Shown: piece by piece, positions 9,178-18,678 of the stretch
How positions within the stretch are numbered: position 1 is the stretch's first letter
Layout: the number at the start of each line of letters is the position of its first letter
Source of the DNA: a virus
Lineage: Duplodnaviria; Caudoviricetes
Reading direction: 5' to 3' (one strand)
Virus record (IMG/VR): IMGVR_UViG_3300033069_001247
Location: 22,810-86,809 of that record
DNA: 64,000 nucleotides
The notes under the pieces: model-generated
What the model was told of the DNA's origin: nothing
What the model saw: only the letters and a program-made list of their open reading frames with translations
Database searches by the model: none
Position numbers and translations under genes: made by a program

Positions 9178-10173
9178 ATGTCGTTGTTGACCTCCGCAAG
9201 TAACCCGTTCCGCCCGGCAGACTGGAGGTGGCAACGAGCCCAAGCGATTGCAGACAGGTCCCGGGACAGTATGCCACCATCACGACAACGTGATGGTGTG
9301 GAGAGCTTCAAGTGGATCACAACGGCTGTTCGTTTTCTGCGAGAGTTCAACAACGCCCGTACTGATGTCGCTAAAGAACTACTCTCTGTCCGTCGCCCCG
9401 GGATATTCTGGGCACACCACATCTGGACACAGACCAGCAACCCGCTGCGATACAGCATCGAAGCCCAGATCCTAGCCCGTTGTGATAATCATCTCATCGG
9501 GTACAAATGCAATGTGCATCCGGATGTCATCGCCAACTACGAGGCTTTGTTCTTCAATGTCCGGGAGAAGTTGCAACACCGCAGTTACATCCTGAATGTC
9601 GTGATGGGGCCTGCCGTCCATCAGGGTTTGTCAGAACGGGACTACGGGTTGTTGTGGAAGCTGTACGGTTACTTCCTGGGACCGCACGTTGTTGATGCGC
9701 TGGAAGGAAAGTTCGTCAATCCGGTCTGGTGTAACTCTGCGGCAGGTGTCGGTGCCGCCATCATGGACGACTCAGTGGCAACGCTGAAGTTCAAAGCAGC
9801 CCTGGCCTCGAAGACAGTGCCCGTCAACCAATACACGCAGTTGCAGATCCTGGACGCATTCACAAAGTTCGTGGAGATCGAACGCAACACAGACAGCGCA
9901 GGCAAGGCGCAAGACCAGATTCTGGACCACATCTCGGCCATGATGACGACGCTGCCGTTCAGTGTCGGTGGTCGAGCTGCAGAAAAACTGGTACAACGTG
10001 ATGTACAGCCGATTGAAGTTTTCGAACGTACTGCATTGGAACTGACGTTCGAAGAGACGCTTCGTATGTCGGCTTACCAGCCGATTGCTCACAAGCAGAT
10101 TCTGGAATCGCTACAGTTTCCCGCACTTCCAGCACCGACACTGTCGCCGACGCCACAGACCAGGGAGGGTTAG
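9178..10173 (+). CDS. Hypothetical helical protein (331 aa)
   Basis: Long ORF, tightly packed with neighbours; no motif recognised. Confidence 0.75.
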   Translation: MSLLTSASNPFRPADWRWQRAQAIADRSRDSMPPSRQRDGVESFKWITTAVRFLREFNNARTDVAKELLSVRRPGIFWAHHIWTQTSNPLRYSIEAQILARCDNHLIGYKCNVHPDVIANYEALFFNVREKLQHRSYILNVVMGPAVHQGLSERDYGLLWKLYGYFLGPHVVDALEGKFVNPVWCNSAAGVGAAIMDDSVATLKFKAALASKTVPVNQYTQLQILDAFTKFVEIERNTDSAGKAQDQILDHISAMMTTLPFSVGGRAAEKLVQRDVQPIEVFERTALELTFEETLRMSAYQPIAHKQILESLQFPALPAPTLSPTPQTREG

Positions 10174-10178
10174 TCAGC

Positions 10179-11552
10179 ATGCCCAGTATCACTCCAGCCA
10201 CCGAGCAGCGGCTGTTGTCTGTCATTGAGAAGACTGCGGCGTTGGTGAACGAAGGACTTGCACCAAACGACGCGATTGTTAAAGCCGCATCGTCTGCCGA
10301 TATCCGACCCACCGAGATCCCGTTGATTGTGCATGCGTACAACACCGGGGCCACCAATCGGCATCGGCAGGATAGCAACGACCCGTTTCACAAAGCGGCG
10401 TCTTTCGAGTTGGCCGATTCAGAACGTATCCTGGAAGCGTTGTACCCGACAAACGTCAAGACGGCGGCAGTGATCGAACAGGAGACAGCTGTCTCTGACG
10501 AATACGCTCACAGTCCGTTACACCTTGTCGCCCGGCGGGACATGCAGCTCAAGTTGGCCGCCGCAAAGGTGGACTGGCGCAACTTCAATGGCGAAGAGAT
10601 CAAAGCCCCTGCTCCGCTGCCTGTCGACGAAGGGTTTCGACAGAAGAAGGCATTTGATCAGCTGTCTCGGGCGTGTGACGCTGCTTCAGAGACTCGTCGC
10701 AAGGTCGCGGCCGCGCAGATGCAGGCTGCCGACCTGTACGACAGCCTCCTGGGTTACTTCCGGCAGACAGACGCTTACCCGATGCACGTGGTGAAGGAAG
10801 CGGCGGTACTACTGCATGGTCGACCAGGTGAAGTGCTGTTCGATCAGATTGCCGCCACGATGCCGCAGCTCGTGAAACTGGCCAGCAGCAATGTCGGGGC
10901 CAGCACGGTGACTGTGCATGATCTGGACTGCACGCAGCACCCATTCACGCTCATCAACAAGTTCCTGCAGAAAGTCGCAGAATACACTGACCTGGTTGCA
11001 CAGGATGCACAGTCGCAAGCTGCTTACGAAAAGCAAGCTGCGGAGACCCGCCACCCTTTTCCCGTGTCCGCGAGCCGATCGATCTTGGATATCTCCAACT
11101 CGGCTGACTCGCGGACCAAGCAGGCAGAATTCGGTGACCCCGTGAAAATGTTGGGGGCCTACTCCATTATGAAGAACACGCTGGGTCCTGCTGTGCAGAA
11201 GCTAAAAGGTCCTGACGACGATACACGTCTGCAGCAGGCCGTTAGCCAGCTCAACGACCCACAGCACGAACTGAAGATGCGAGAGATCAACACGCACGCC
11301 ATGCTGTCAGATCTGCTGACGAATGACCCGGTGGTGTCTGGCTACAGCAGCCCCGAGGTGATGGAAGCATTCAACCACATCTCGCAGCTTGCACCGTCGG
11401 TATCTGACAACCGCTTGATCATGCAAGGTGCTTTGCGAAAGTATCTGCAGCAAGGTGTGCTGGATCCATTCGACCAGAGCCAACTGCTTGATTTTGAAAC
11501 CCGTCGCCGCAACCAAACTCAACTCGGGGCTGGCCATGCCAATTACGCTTGA
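10179..11552 (+). CDS. Probable internal head protein
   Basis: 457-aa Ala-rich helical ORF with nine K-x-A-[A/S] motifs; GGAGGG RBS. Confidence 0.75.
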   Translation: MPSITPATEQRLLSVIEKTAALVNEGLAPNDAIVKAASSADIRPTEIPLIVHAYNTGATNRHRQDSNDPFHKAASFELADSERILEALYPTNVKTAAVIEQETAVSDEYAHSPLHLVARRDMQLKLAAAKVDWRNFNGEEIKAPAPLPVDEGFRQKKAFDQLSRACDAASETRRKVAAAQMQAADLYDSLLGYFRQTDAYPMHVVKEAAVLLHGRPGEVLFDQIAATMPQLVKLASSNVGASTVTVHDLDCTQHPFTLINKFLQKVAEYTDLVAQDAQSQAAYEKQAAETRHPFPVSASRSILDISNSADSRTKQAEFGDPVKMLGAYSIMKNTLGPAVQKLKGPDDDTRLQQAVSQLNDPQHELKMREINTHAMLSDLLTNDPVVSGYSSPEVMEAFNHISQLAPSVSDNRLIMQGALRKYLQQGVLDPFDQSQLLDFETRRRNQTQLGAGHANYA

Positions 11553-12651
11553 CCTTTCGCAGGTATCACTGGAGTCCGCTGCCAAGTTGCTGGAAATGCA
11601 ACTTGGCATTTCTGGTATCCGGGCACGTCGCGAAAAGATGGCGATGAGTGCGGGTATGCAAGGTGCGTTGATTGGCGGTATTGGCGGGCTCGGAACCGGC
11701 CTGATGAGTTCGGCCCTGTCCACCGACGAGCGAAAGCGATGGCTGCGTAACGCCCTGGTCGGTACAGCTCTGGGTGCGGGCGTCGGCGGGGCTGTCGGGT
11801 ACGGTTCTGACTTGGTGAAGCAGCTACAGAAACCGAGCCCGATTGAGGAAAACCTGAACAAGACAGAGGCAATACAAGCCCGGCAGGCAGCAGAATCGCA
11901 GCCGAATGATCCTATCCGTAACTGGCTCTACGGGAAACCAGCAGTACCCGCTCCGACGGCAGCACCCGCTCCGACGGCAGCACCCGCTCCGACGGCAGCA
12001 CCTACAGCGTCCGCTGGTCCTGCTAAGGTACCATCAGTTAGCGACCTGCAGCCGTCTAACGCTGAAGTCGGTAAAGAGCTGGTGAATCAATACACCGGCA
12101 GGCCATACGTAACAGGTGCTACGACTGCTACGGGCGTCGCGATAGGTCATGGCGCAGATAAATTGCGGCAGTACCGTATTACACCTTACGACGTGTCCCA
12201 TCCAGGTAAAGCGCGCTGGGAAGGTATGGTACCGGAAGAACAAGCAGCCGTTAAAGCATTTCAGACGCAAGCTAAGGCCGTACGTGCCGCCGGGGGTCGC
12301 GTCACGCAGCCATTTTTAGGTGGGGCTCCTACGTTCGTAACACCACCACCAAAACCGAACACAGCCAACCGCCGTATCGAATACAGACCCTCAGTTGCAG
12401 AGCAGGCGAGTGCGTTACCGCAACCAGCTCCATTGATCGCAAAGATGGTCAATAAAGCAAAGCAGACATTGAACCCACCAGGTACAGCCCGAACACAATT
12501 TTCACCGCAGACGTGGGATGAAGATATCGTTCCCGCTATGCGACAGAACATGCCGCGTAAGTGGGGCGGGAAGCTCACTGGCGGTGTACTTGGACTGGCG
12601 GCTGCCCCGCTTGCAGAAAGTATTTGGAGCGGTTGGAACGGAACCAACTAA
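11536..12651 (+). CDS. Glycine-zipper, membrane-active-type virion protein (possible ejection protein)
   Basis: GxxxG-rich hydrophobic segments (GALIGGIGGLGTG, GTALGAGVGGAVGYG, GGVLGLAAAPLA); PAPTAA linker. ATG 11536 overlaps the upstream gene end. Confidence 0.65.
   Translation: MPITLDLSQVSLESAAKLLEMQLGISGIRARREKMAMSAGMQGALIGGIGGLGTGLMSSALSTDERKRWLRNALVGTALGAGVGGAVGYGSDLVKQLQKPSPIEENLNKTEAIQARQAAESQPNDPIRNWLYGKPAVPAPTAAPAPTAAPAPTAAPTASAGPAKVPSVSDLQPSNAEVGKELVNQYTGRPYVTGATTATGVAIGHGADKLRQYRITPYDVSHPGKARWEGMVPEEQAAVKAFQTQAKAVRAAGGRVTQPFLGGAPTFVTPPPKPNTANRRIEYRPSVAEQASALPQPAPLIAKMVNKAKQTLNPPGTARTQFSPQTWDEDIVPAMRQNMPRKWGGKLTGGVLGLAAAPLAESIWSGWNGTN
11947..12000 (+). repeat. Perfect 18-nt tandem repeat x3 (CCCGCTCCGACGGCAGCA, encoding PAPTAA)
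   Basis: Seen directly in the sequence. Confidence 0.95.
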
Positions 12652-12686
12652 GCCATTGTCAATTGCAGTCAGGGAGGCTGCGACAC

Positions 12687-14207
12687 ATGAGCATCATCAA
12701 GACAACTGCATCGTGGGGCGATAAGTTTGAAGGCCCTACCGCGCAGATCGTTGGGCTGTCCAGCAGAGGACTGATGGTCAACGATTACCGACAGCTCGTG
12801 AAACGGGCCTCGGCAGATATCCTGCATGACATCCAGAGTATTCGGGAAAAGGTAGCGGCGGACGAAACGCTGATCCACCTTCTGGCTATTGGGGCCACTG
12901 AAGACTTTGGCTGTAACCGCAACGGTGACGGCTTCCGACGGGCCACGTGTCGGGCCTACCATCCCACATTCATGAAGCATGCGATGTTCTATCGCAATCA
13001 CGAAAACAAGGATCCCCGAAAGTCGTACGGGCGGCTCGTCAAGTCTGCCTGGAACAACGACATGAAACGGGTAGAGCTGCTGGTTGCGCTAAACAGCACC
13101 GCAGCAGCAGCTCACCGCAACAACGGACTGGTCGCTGATCGCGAGATGGAGAAACTCGCCAGCGGGAAAGACATCCCGGTCAGCATGGCGTGCAAGGTTC
13201 CGTACGACATTTGTTCGTACTGCGGCAATCAGGCCACGACCAGCGACGACTACTGTATGGGTACCTCCGAAGGCGGTATGTGTAAGGCAGGCGGGCTCAA
13301 GAACAACATCGGAGCATTGGTCGAAGTGGATGGCGGTGTGCATCAGCTGCATGCTGACAACGACCGACCATTGTTCTTTGATATTTCCAACGTGTTTCGG
13401 CCCGCAGACCGTATCGCCTACACCACTGGTGCCCTGTTGAAGTCAGCCAGTGAACACGGTCGCGTAATCAAAAGTGCAGACCTGGCGCGACAATTGGGAG
13501 TGGTCGTCCCGTTCGAACTGGCGATTGATAACGGGGAACAACCTGCCAACGTGCAGCGGATGCTGAAGATTGCGTACCAGCTGTCTCAGTTGGAAACAGA
13601 CATTGAAAACGGTGCCCCGCCTGTTGCGGCAACGTATGCTCCGGCCTTCAAGCCATTGGTACAGGATGGCGACAAGGCCATGCATATTCCTGTCCCGACA
13701 CATACGAAGTTCGCGATGGCAATGCGTGCCTTGGCAGATCAGAAGATTTGTTTACCGTTGGCCCGCTTTATCGAGCTGACGACCGACAATGACTTTGAGA
13801 AGGCTGCAGAGATAGCAGCCGTCGTAGCACACAAGCTGCCGGGTGTGTTTACACGACTGCTATCTCGCAGCGACGTGGCAGAGCGGATTAAGACCAGCAA
13901 CTACAACCCAGCTGATACCGAGGCATCGACCTTGTTTGCAGGCTGGGCATATAAGTTGGCGGCTTCAATGTCCCTGCATGCCGAGCATGTTCAACGTCGT
14001 GCAATTCGTGCGGCGTTGTATGACGAAACCGCTGTGCTACGCCGTGCGACACCGCACGAGAAAACAGCAGCATCACGTGATGCTGCGGGTCAACTGGTCG
14101 AAGAGTATGCTCTTTATCAGTTGTCCTTCCTTGGCTCTATCCCTGACGCTGACCCGTGTTCAGCGTTGACACGTTCCCTGTCCGTTGTTCAGAATTATGC
14201 AGCATAA
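12687..14207 (+). CDS. Prohead (head maturation) protease, HK97/herpes-type Ser protease with Zn-ribbon-like insert and C-terminal extension
   Basis: FYRNHENKD (His), VSMAC (Ser), CSYCGN insert, FFDISNVFRPADRIA; AGGGAGG RBS before ATG 12687; lies upstream of the capsid genes. Confidence 0.8.
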   Translation: MSIIKTTASWGDKFEGPTAQIVGLSSRGLMVNDYRQLVKRASADILHDIQSIREKVAADETLIHLLAIGATEDFGCNRNGDGFRRATCRAYHPTFMKHAMFYRNHENKDPRKSYGRLVKSAWNNDMKRVELLVALNSTAAAAHRNNGLVADREMEKLASGKDIPVSMACKVPYDICSYCGNQATTSDDYCMGTSEGGMCKAGGLKNNIGALVEVDGGVHQLHADNDRPLFFDISNVFRPADRIAYTTGALLKSASEHGRVIKSADLARQLGVVVPFELAIDNGEQPANVQRMLKIAYQLSQLETDIENGAPPVAATYAPAFKPLVQDGDKAMHIPVPTHTKFAMAMRALADQKICLPLARFIELTTDNDFEKAAEIAAVVAHKLPGVFTRLLSRSDVAERIKTSNYNPADTEASTLFAGWAYKLAASMSLHAEHVQRRAIRAALYDETAVLRRATPHEKTAASRDAAGQLVEEYALYQLSFLGSIPDADPCSALTRSLSVVQNYAA

Positions 14208-14251
14208 AAATTCCGGACAGGGATTTCAGTTTGACAAAGGAGTTGTCGCAA

Positions 14252-15637
14252 ATGGGCAGTAAACCACAGGCGTCGTTTCTCACGGCCCTCACTGAGCTGA
14301 CCGCCACCATCGGACAGGCGAAGCAAGCAGCTGCAAATGGCGGACGCCAGAAAGCGGCTGGGGACCCTATTCCTGCTGACCCCGGCGGATACTCTGGCAG
14401 CTCTTCGCACCCAACTGCCCACGTGGACAACCACGGGCAGAATGTGCAAGAGGGCGCACGTAGTGCCGAGAACGAGCGAGATGTCAAGGAAGATCAGGGT
14501 GCCCCAAGCGTGAATAACGCTTCGGACATGAAGCCTGGTATTCAGGATGATGTCCAGCTCAACATCGGAACCAAGCAGACCGCTACGGGTGAAGACCCTG
14601 CGGTCGAAGATGACTACAAGGGCGGAAAGGACGACCCCGGGTCGACCCACCCAGCCCGTACTGACAACAATGCACTGGATGGCGAAAAGTACGCCAGTGC
14701 TACGATTGGTCAGTGCCGCGATTTCCACGGTGAACTCGCGAACTCGATCCTCGCTGACCTTGCTATGGGTCGGGGATCTCAGTTGGGAAAGCAGGCAGCA
14801 GCACAAGCTGCCCCCGCTAAGCCTGCGTCGGAACTGGACACCGCGATCAAGCAGGCAGCAGCTCGGGCGAAAGCCGGTGCCGCTGGCGCTGATCACCCTG
14901 CCACTGGCAATGCCGATCTGCAGGCCGGTTATGATCTGGCTGCCGCGATCGGTATTGAGAAGCAGGCCGCTCAGTCTGCTGTTGCCGGTATGATCGAAAC
15001 CGCGATCACCGAAGCCCAGGAAGACGCAGACCGTTATGGTGCGTTCTTCACCGGCATCCTCAAGAAGGCTGCCGAAGCCGGGGCATCTGCTGAAGGTGAA
15101 GACCACAGCAGCGACGGCGATGACACCTCCGGAGCTAACGATGCCGAAGGGACCAGCGGTGGTTCCGGAGGCGGACCTGGCGGCGAGCACGTGAGTGCTG
15201 CTGGTGACCCTCCTCCTGGCAGTGATGCTGGCGGGCCTCCCGGTGCTGGCGGGCCTCCTGGTGGCGGCGGGGCTCCTGACGAAGCTGCACTGATGCAGCT
15301 GGTCGCCGCACTGGATGAAGCTGGTATCCCGATCGAAACGCTGATTCAGGCGCTGTCTGGTGGCGGCGGGCCTCCCGGCGCCGGTGGCCCTCCTGGTGCT
15401 GGCGGGCCTCCTCCAGCCGATCCGATGGGCGGCGGAATGGGTGGGCCTCCTCCAGCCGATCCGATGGGCGGCGGTGCCCCTCCAATGGGTGACGGCATGA
15501 AGCTGGCTTCAGCGGTCAACCGGCTGCGTCGATCCGGTAAGTACCAGTTCAAGGTCGCGTACGCTGGTACCCCTGAGCGTGCTCTGCGGGACCAGATGAA
15601 GAGCCACGTCGGCGAGATTCTCGGTCGCAAGATCTAG
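14252..15637 (+). CDS. Scaffold-like or internal head protein, acidic and Gly/Pro-rich
   Basis: AAGGAG RBS before ATG 14252; low-complexity, D/E/G/P/A-rich; eight K-x-A-[A/S] motifs; sits between protease and capsid genes. Confidence 0.7.
   Translation: MGSKPQASFLTALTELTATIGQAKQAAANGGRQKAAGDPIPADPGGYSGSSSHPTAHVDNHGQNVQEGARSAENERDVKEDQGAPSVNNASDMKPGIQDDVQLNIGTKQTATGEDPAVEDDYKGGKDDPGSTHPARTDNNALDGEKYASATIGQCRDFHGELANSILADLAMGRGSQLGKQAAAQAAPAKPASELDTAIKQAAARAKAGAAGADHPATGNADLQAGYDLAAAIGIEKQAAQSAVAGMIETAITEAQEDADRYGAFFTGILKKAAEAGASAEGEDHSSDGDDTSGANDAEGTSGGSGGGPGGEHVSAAGDPPPGSDAGGPPGAGGPPGGGGAPDEAALMQLVAALDEAGIPIETLIQALSGGGGPPGAGGPPGAGGPPPADPMGGGMGGPPPADPMGGGAPPMGDGMKLASAVNRLRRSGKYQFKVAYAGTPERALRDQMKSHVGEILGRKI
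15404..15474 (+). repeat. 32-nt direct repeat x2 with 39-nt period, encoding GPPPADPMGGG
   Basis: GGGCCTCCTCCAGCCGATCCGATGGGCGGCGG at 15404 and 15443. Confidence 0.9.
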
Positions 15638-15697
15638 TTCCGCCGGTTGTTTCCTTTCCCAAAATTAACCGCTGACTCTGTCACGGAGGAGTCTCTG

Positions 15698-16123
15698 ATG
15701 AAAACCCCGAATCTGGCAAACATGACGTTGCCGGAAAAGGTGATTGAGCAAATCACCCTGTCCAACGTTGCCTTGGAAAAGGCAGCCAGCATCGAGCAAC
15801 GTGCTGCTACCAAGCAGGCGTCGGTCGATGCGTTGATTCCGAAAGTTGTGGACGCCCTTGTCGACAACGATCGGATCCATCCGAACGAGCGCGAAAAGGC
15901 CGCTTCGATGCTGCGGGATCCTGTTCAGGCTCTCAATCTGCTGATGAGCTGTGCCCAGCATCACGTCGGCAACGACGGTGGTCGACTTGGCAGCCCGCTG
16001 CAGAAGGAAGCCGCTGCGAAGCCACAAGCACCTGCACGGTCTCCGTTCGTGGGTGTTCGCGGTCAGCACAGCGAAGCATCCGATCGACTGTTGGCCGGAC
16101 TGGGTCTCCCAGTCAACTCGTAG
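15698..16123 (+). CDS. Small helical head-module protein (possible scaffold component)
   Basis: GGAGGAG RBS before ATG 15698; four K-x-A-[A/S] motifs. Confidence 0.7.
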   Translation: MKTPNLANMTLPEKVIEQITLSNVALEKAASIEQRAATKQASVDALIPKVVDALVDNDRIHPNEREKAASMLRDPVQALNLLMSCAQHHVGNDGGRLGSPLQKEAAAKPQAPARSPFVGVRGQHSEASDRLLAGLGLPVNS

Positions 16124-16144
16124 TTCTGATCTGCAGCGACTTGT

Positions 16145-16172
16145 AGCAACCATGGTTGGTTGCTGTTCTTTC
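16145..16172 (+). terminator. Terminator-like hairpin
   Basis: AGCAACCA-TGGT-TGGTTGCT followed by GTTCTTTC. Confidence 0.5.
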
Positions 16173-16216
16173 ACGATGTACGCTCATTATGAGCGACTGA
16201 AATATGGAGGTTTCCC

Positions 16217-16798
16217 ATGCCTGGTCAGGCTCCCTCGCTTCAAGCAGAACACTGCCTGAATCACCTGAAAGGGTGGTTCGATATGTCGGCACTGGACTAC
16301 AGCGCTAAGCTGTCCAGTGCGGTTACGTTGCAGGCCTTTGGTGGCCGCGTTGCTCACTTGAACGCCAATGGCGAATTCGAGATGGGTATCTCCGGCACCA
16401 AGATGGCCATCTTCTTGCTGCAAGCTGACACCGACCTCGATGTCAGCAATCCTGGTATCACCGGTGCCGGTAACTTCATGCACCAGGCCATCGCTCCTGC
16501 CGGAAATATGTCCGGACTGGTGGCGACCGGTGGTTACGAACTCGATACTACCGAGTTCGACAAGACTCCTGCTGTGGCTTATGCCCCGAATCAGTTGCTG
16601 ACTGCTAAGGCGAGCAACACGGTACAGGCCACCGGTGGTGTGCTCAGCAACGACCGTAACGGCGCAGGTGGAAGCGCTGGTTCGGTTCGTCCGTACCAGG
16701 ATGCTGCGTGCGGTGTGGTCTCCCGAGGCCAGTACCGTAACGAGCACAACGTCGAAATGCTGGCCTTCTGGTCAATCTACCTGCCAGGCACCGTCTAA
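16217..16798 (+). CDS. Probable capsid decoration/cement protein
   Basis: 193-aa beta-rich protein directly upstream of the MCP; strong GGAGG RBS. Confidence 0.65.
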   Translation: MPGQAPSLQAEHCLNHLKGWFDMSALDYSAKLSSAVTLQAFGGRVAHLNANGEFEMGISGTKMAIFLLQADTDLDVSNPGITGAGNFMHQAIAPAGNMSGLVATGGYELDTTEFDKTPAVAYAPNQLLTAKASNTVQATGGVLSNDRNGAGGSAGSVRPYQDAACGVVSRGQYRNEHNVEMLAFWSIYLPGTV

Positions 16799-16835
16799 CA
16801 GCCTGACGCTTCTGCTTGTCACCATCGTTTGTCCC

Positions 16836-16865
16836 GGGGTGGTCTATGATGGCCACCCCTCTTTC
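16836..16865 (+). terminator. Terminator-like or stabilising hairpin before the MCP gene
   Basis: GGGGTGGTC-TATGAT-GGCCACCCC followed by TCTTTC. Confidence 0.5.
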
Positions 16866-16912
16866 GCACCATCACCGAGCAGGCGGATAAACCTGCGACA
16901 TGGAGGTTACAA

Positions 16913-17845
16913 ATGGCTGCTTCGCAAGCCGAAACTGTGTTGCTGAACGAGACGCTGTTCGATCAGCTGCTCACTCCGGGTATGGAGAAGAAGGCTGTTG
17001 ACGCTGTCAACGACTTCACCCGTACCAAGATGCGTGAAGACGGGTTCTTCCGTCGGATCATGCCACCGGTCAAGATTTCGAATGACGAACTCGATCGTCA
17101 GTCGGATACTCCCAAGCCGGTCAAGATCATCGACAAGGAACCAGACAGCCCTGCGGCTGTCTCGATCCCATTTGGTACGCTGCCCACCAGCGTGTACATC
17201 AAGGGTCCCAGGTACCGCGTGAGCTTCGACCGAATCGTGACCCCGCGGTTCCAGGTCGACGTGGAAGAGATGCGAACCTGGGTCATGGATATTCGGCAAG
17301 TCCTTTCGGACAATGCACTTAAAGACGTTTTGGCAGAGGAAGACGGCAAGTTCATCGCGGGCTGTAACCAGCTCATGATCGGACCCGATGTTCCTGTGCC
17401 ATACAACGGCAACCAGGTGCAGTGGAAGACGCTGGACGGCGGCCTGACTCGCGAGACTCTCCAAGAGGCTCGCAAGATCATGCCACGCGGTCCTTCGCAT
17501 CTCGAGGCTCACACCGCCCTGATCAACAACGTCACCGTGAAGGAACTGGAGAAGTTCCCACGCGACGAAATGGGTGGTGACTTCAGCCAGGACGTTCTCA
17601 AGAACGGATGGGCTGAAGCGAACTTCGCAGGCATGAACTGGATCATCAGTATCAAGCGCGACCTGATCCCTGACGACAGCATGTTCATGTTCTCGGACCC
17701 TCGGTTTATCGGGAAGGCGTTTCTTCTCGAAGACACCACAATGTACGTGAAACGCGAAGCGTTCATGATTGAGTTCTTCGCATACCAGACCATGGGTGCG
17801 ACGATCGGTCATCCTGGCGGCATCGCCCGGGCAGACTTCGCGTAA
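16913..17845 (+). CDS. Major capsid protein (HK97-fold)
   Basis: 310 aa; strong RBS; position after protease, scaffold and decoration genes; REDGFFRRIMPP, EEDGKFI and the C-terminal strand pattern fit phage MCPs. Confidence 0.82.
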   Translation: MAASQAETVLLNETLFDQLLTPGMEKKAVDAVNDFTRTKMREDGFFRRIMPPVKISNDELDRQSDTPKPVKIIDKEPDSPAAVSIPFGTLPTSVYIKGPRYRVSFDRIVTPRFQVDVEEMRTWVMDIRQVLSDNALKDVLAEEDGKFIAGCNQLMIGPDVPVPYNGNQVQWKTLDGGLTRETLQEARKIMPRGPSHLEAHTALINNVTVKELEKFPRDEMGGDFSQDVLKNGWAEANFAGMNWIISIKRDLIPDDSMFMFSDPRFIGKAFLLEDTTMYVKREAFMIEFFAYQTMGATIGHPGGIARADFA

Positions 17846-17868
17846 GTTGTACTTGCTTGAAGACTTCG

Positions 17869-17915
17869 CCTCTGGTAGGGTAGGGCTTGACAGCTCTCCC
17901 TACCAGAGGATTTTT
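17869..17915 (+). terminator. Long hairpin after the MCP gene, overlapping the RBS of the next gene
   Basis: CCTCTGGTAGGG (17869-17880) pairs perfectly with CCCTACCAGAGG (17898-17909); inner stem extends it; ATTTTT follows. Confidence 0.75.
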
Positions 17916-17917
17916 CG

Positions 17918-18619
17918 ATGACCGAAAGCATCTACCAGCGACGAATCAAAGCAGGCAATTGCGGGAAGTGTGGCGATCCACGCGAAGACAAAGACGCCAA
18001 GATGTGCCACGACTGTGCCGGTAAGGAAAGAGCCCGGTCAGCAGCCAGACGTGTGAAAACAGCAGCCAACGGAATGTGCAGTGCGTGTGCTGCACGGCCC
18101 CGCCTACCGAACAGCAGTCGTTGTGAGAAGTGCAAGCAGACATCGGCGGCGTCCACAAAACGCCGCCAGGACAGGTTGAAAGCAGCCGGTCTCTGTGTTC
18201 ACTGCGGTGTACCAGTGCCTGCCGGACGCGTGACGTGTGAAGTCCACAGTCAACAGATGAGCAAACGGGCAACAGACAAGTACCACGAACGAAAAGCCGC
18301 CGGTACCTGTTGTCGCTGTGACGAGCCTGTTGTGAATGGGCAGCCCACCTGTGAACGCCACACGGCTATGGCCGCGGCCAACCGCAAAGCACTCCGCAAC
18401 AAAGTCCTGAAGCGATACGGTGGCAAATGCCGCCGGTGCAAGGAAACCAGAATCGACCAGCTGGGAATGTCCCGCATTCCCAGCAAAGCAGATCCAGCAA
18501 CGAAGGGGATGGGTGGTCACCATCTCAACTGGTGGTTGAAGAAGAATGGGTTCCCTAAAGGATTCAGGATTCTTTGCCAGACGTGCAAGGCGACTCTCCG
18601 ACAAGCAAAGAAGGGGTAG
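17918..18619 (+). CDS. Cys-rich Zn-repeat protein with a degenerate HNH-like C-terminus
   Basis: Four G-x-C-x-x-C...C-x-x-[C/H] repeats; the C-terminus YGGKCRRC...GFPKGFRILCQTC parallels the 1438-2034 product but lacks its DH motif. Confidence 0.75.
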   Translation: MTESIYQRRIKAGNCGKCGDPREDKDAKMCHDCAGKERARSAARRVKTAANGMCSACAARPRLPNSSRCEKCKQTSAASTKRRQDRLKAAGLCVHCGVPVPAGRVTCEVHSQQMSKRATDKYHERKAAGTCCRCDEPVVNGQPTCERHTAMAAANRKALRNKVLKRYGGKCRRCKETRIDQLGMSRIPSKADPATKGMGGHHLNWWLKKNGFPKGFRILCQTCKATLRQAKKG

Positions 18620-18678
18620 CCCGCTGTCGGATTCAAATACCATCTTCGATCGCAAGATCAGTTCTCATGGAGGCGAAC

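Noticed and set aside
9145-17892. TTGACA hexamers upstream of genes (9145, 14231, 17887)
   Set aside because: No acceptable -10 element at 16-18 nt spacing, and all are too close to the start codons.
12561-18678. Longer upstream starts given by the ORF track (12561, 14156, 15647, 18574; also 11428, 35220, 38392, 38904, 53043, 56189)
   Set aside because: They overlap upstream genes or lack an RBS, while downstream ATGs have clear RBSs or stop/start coupling.
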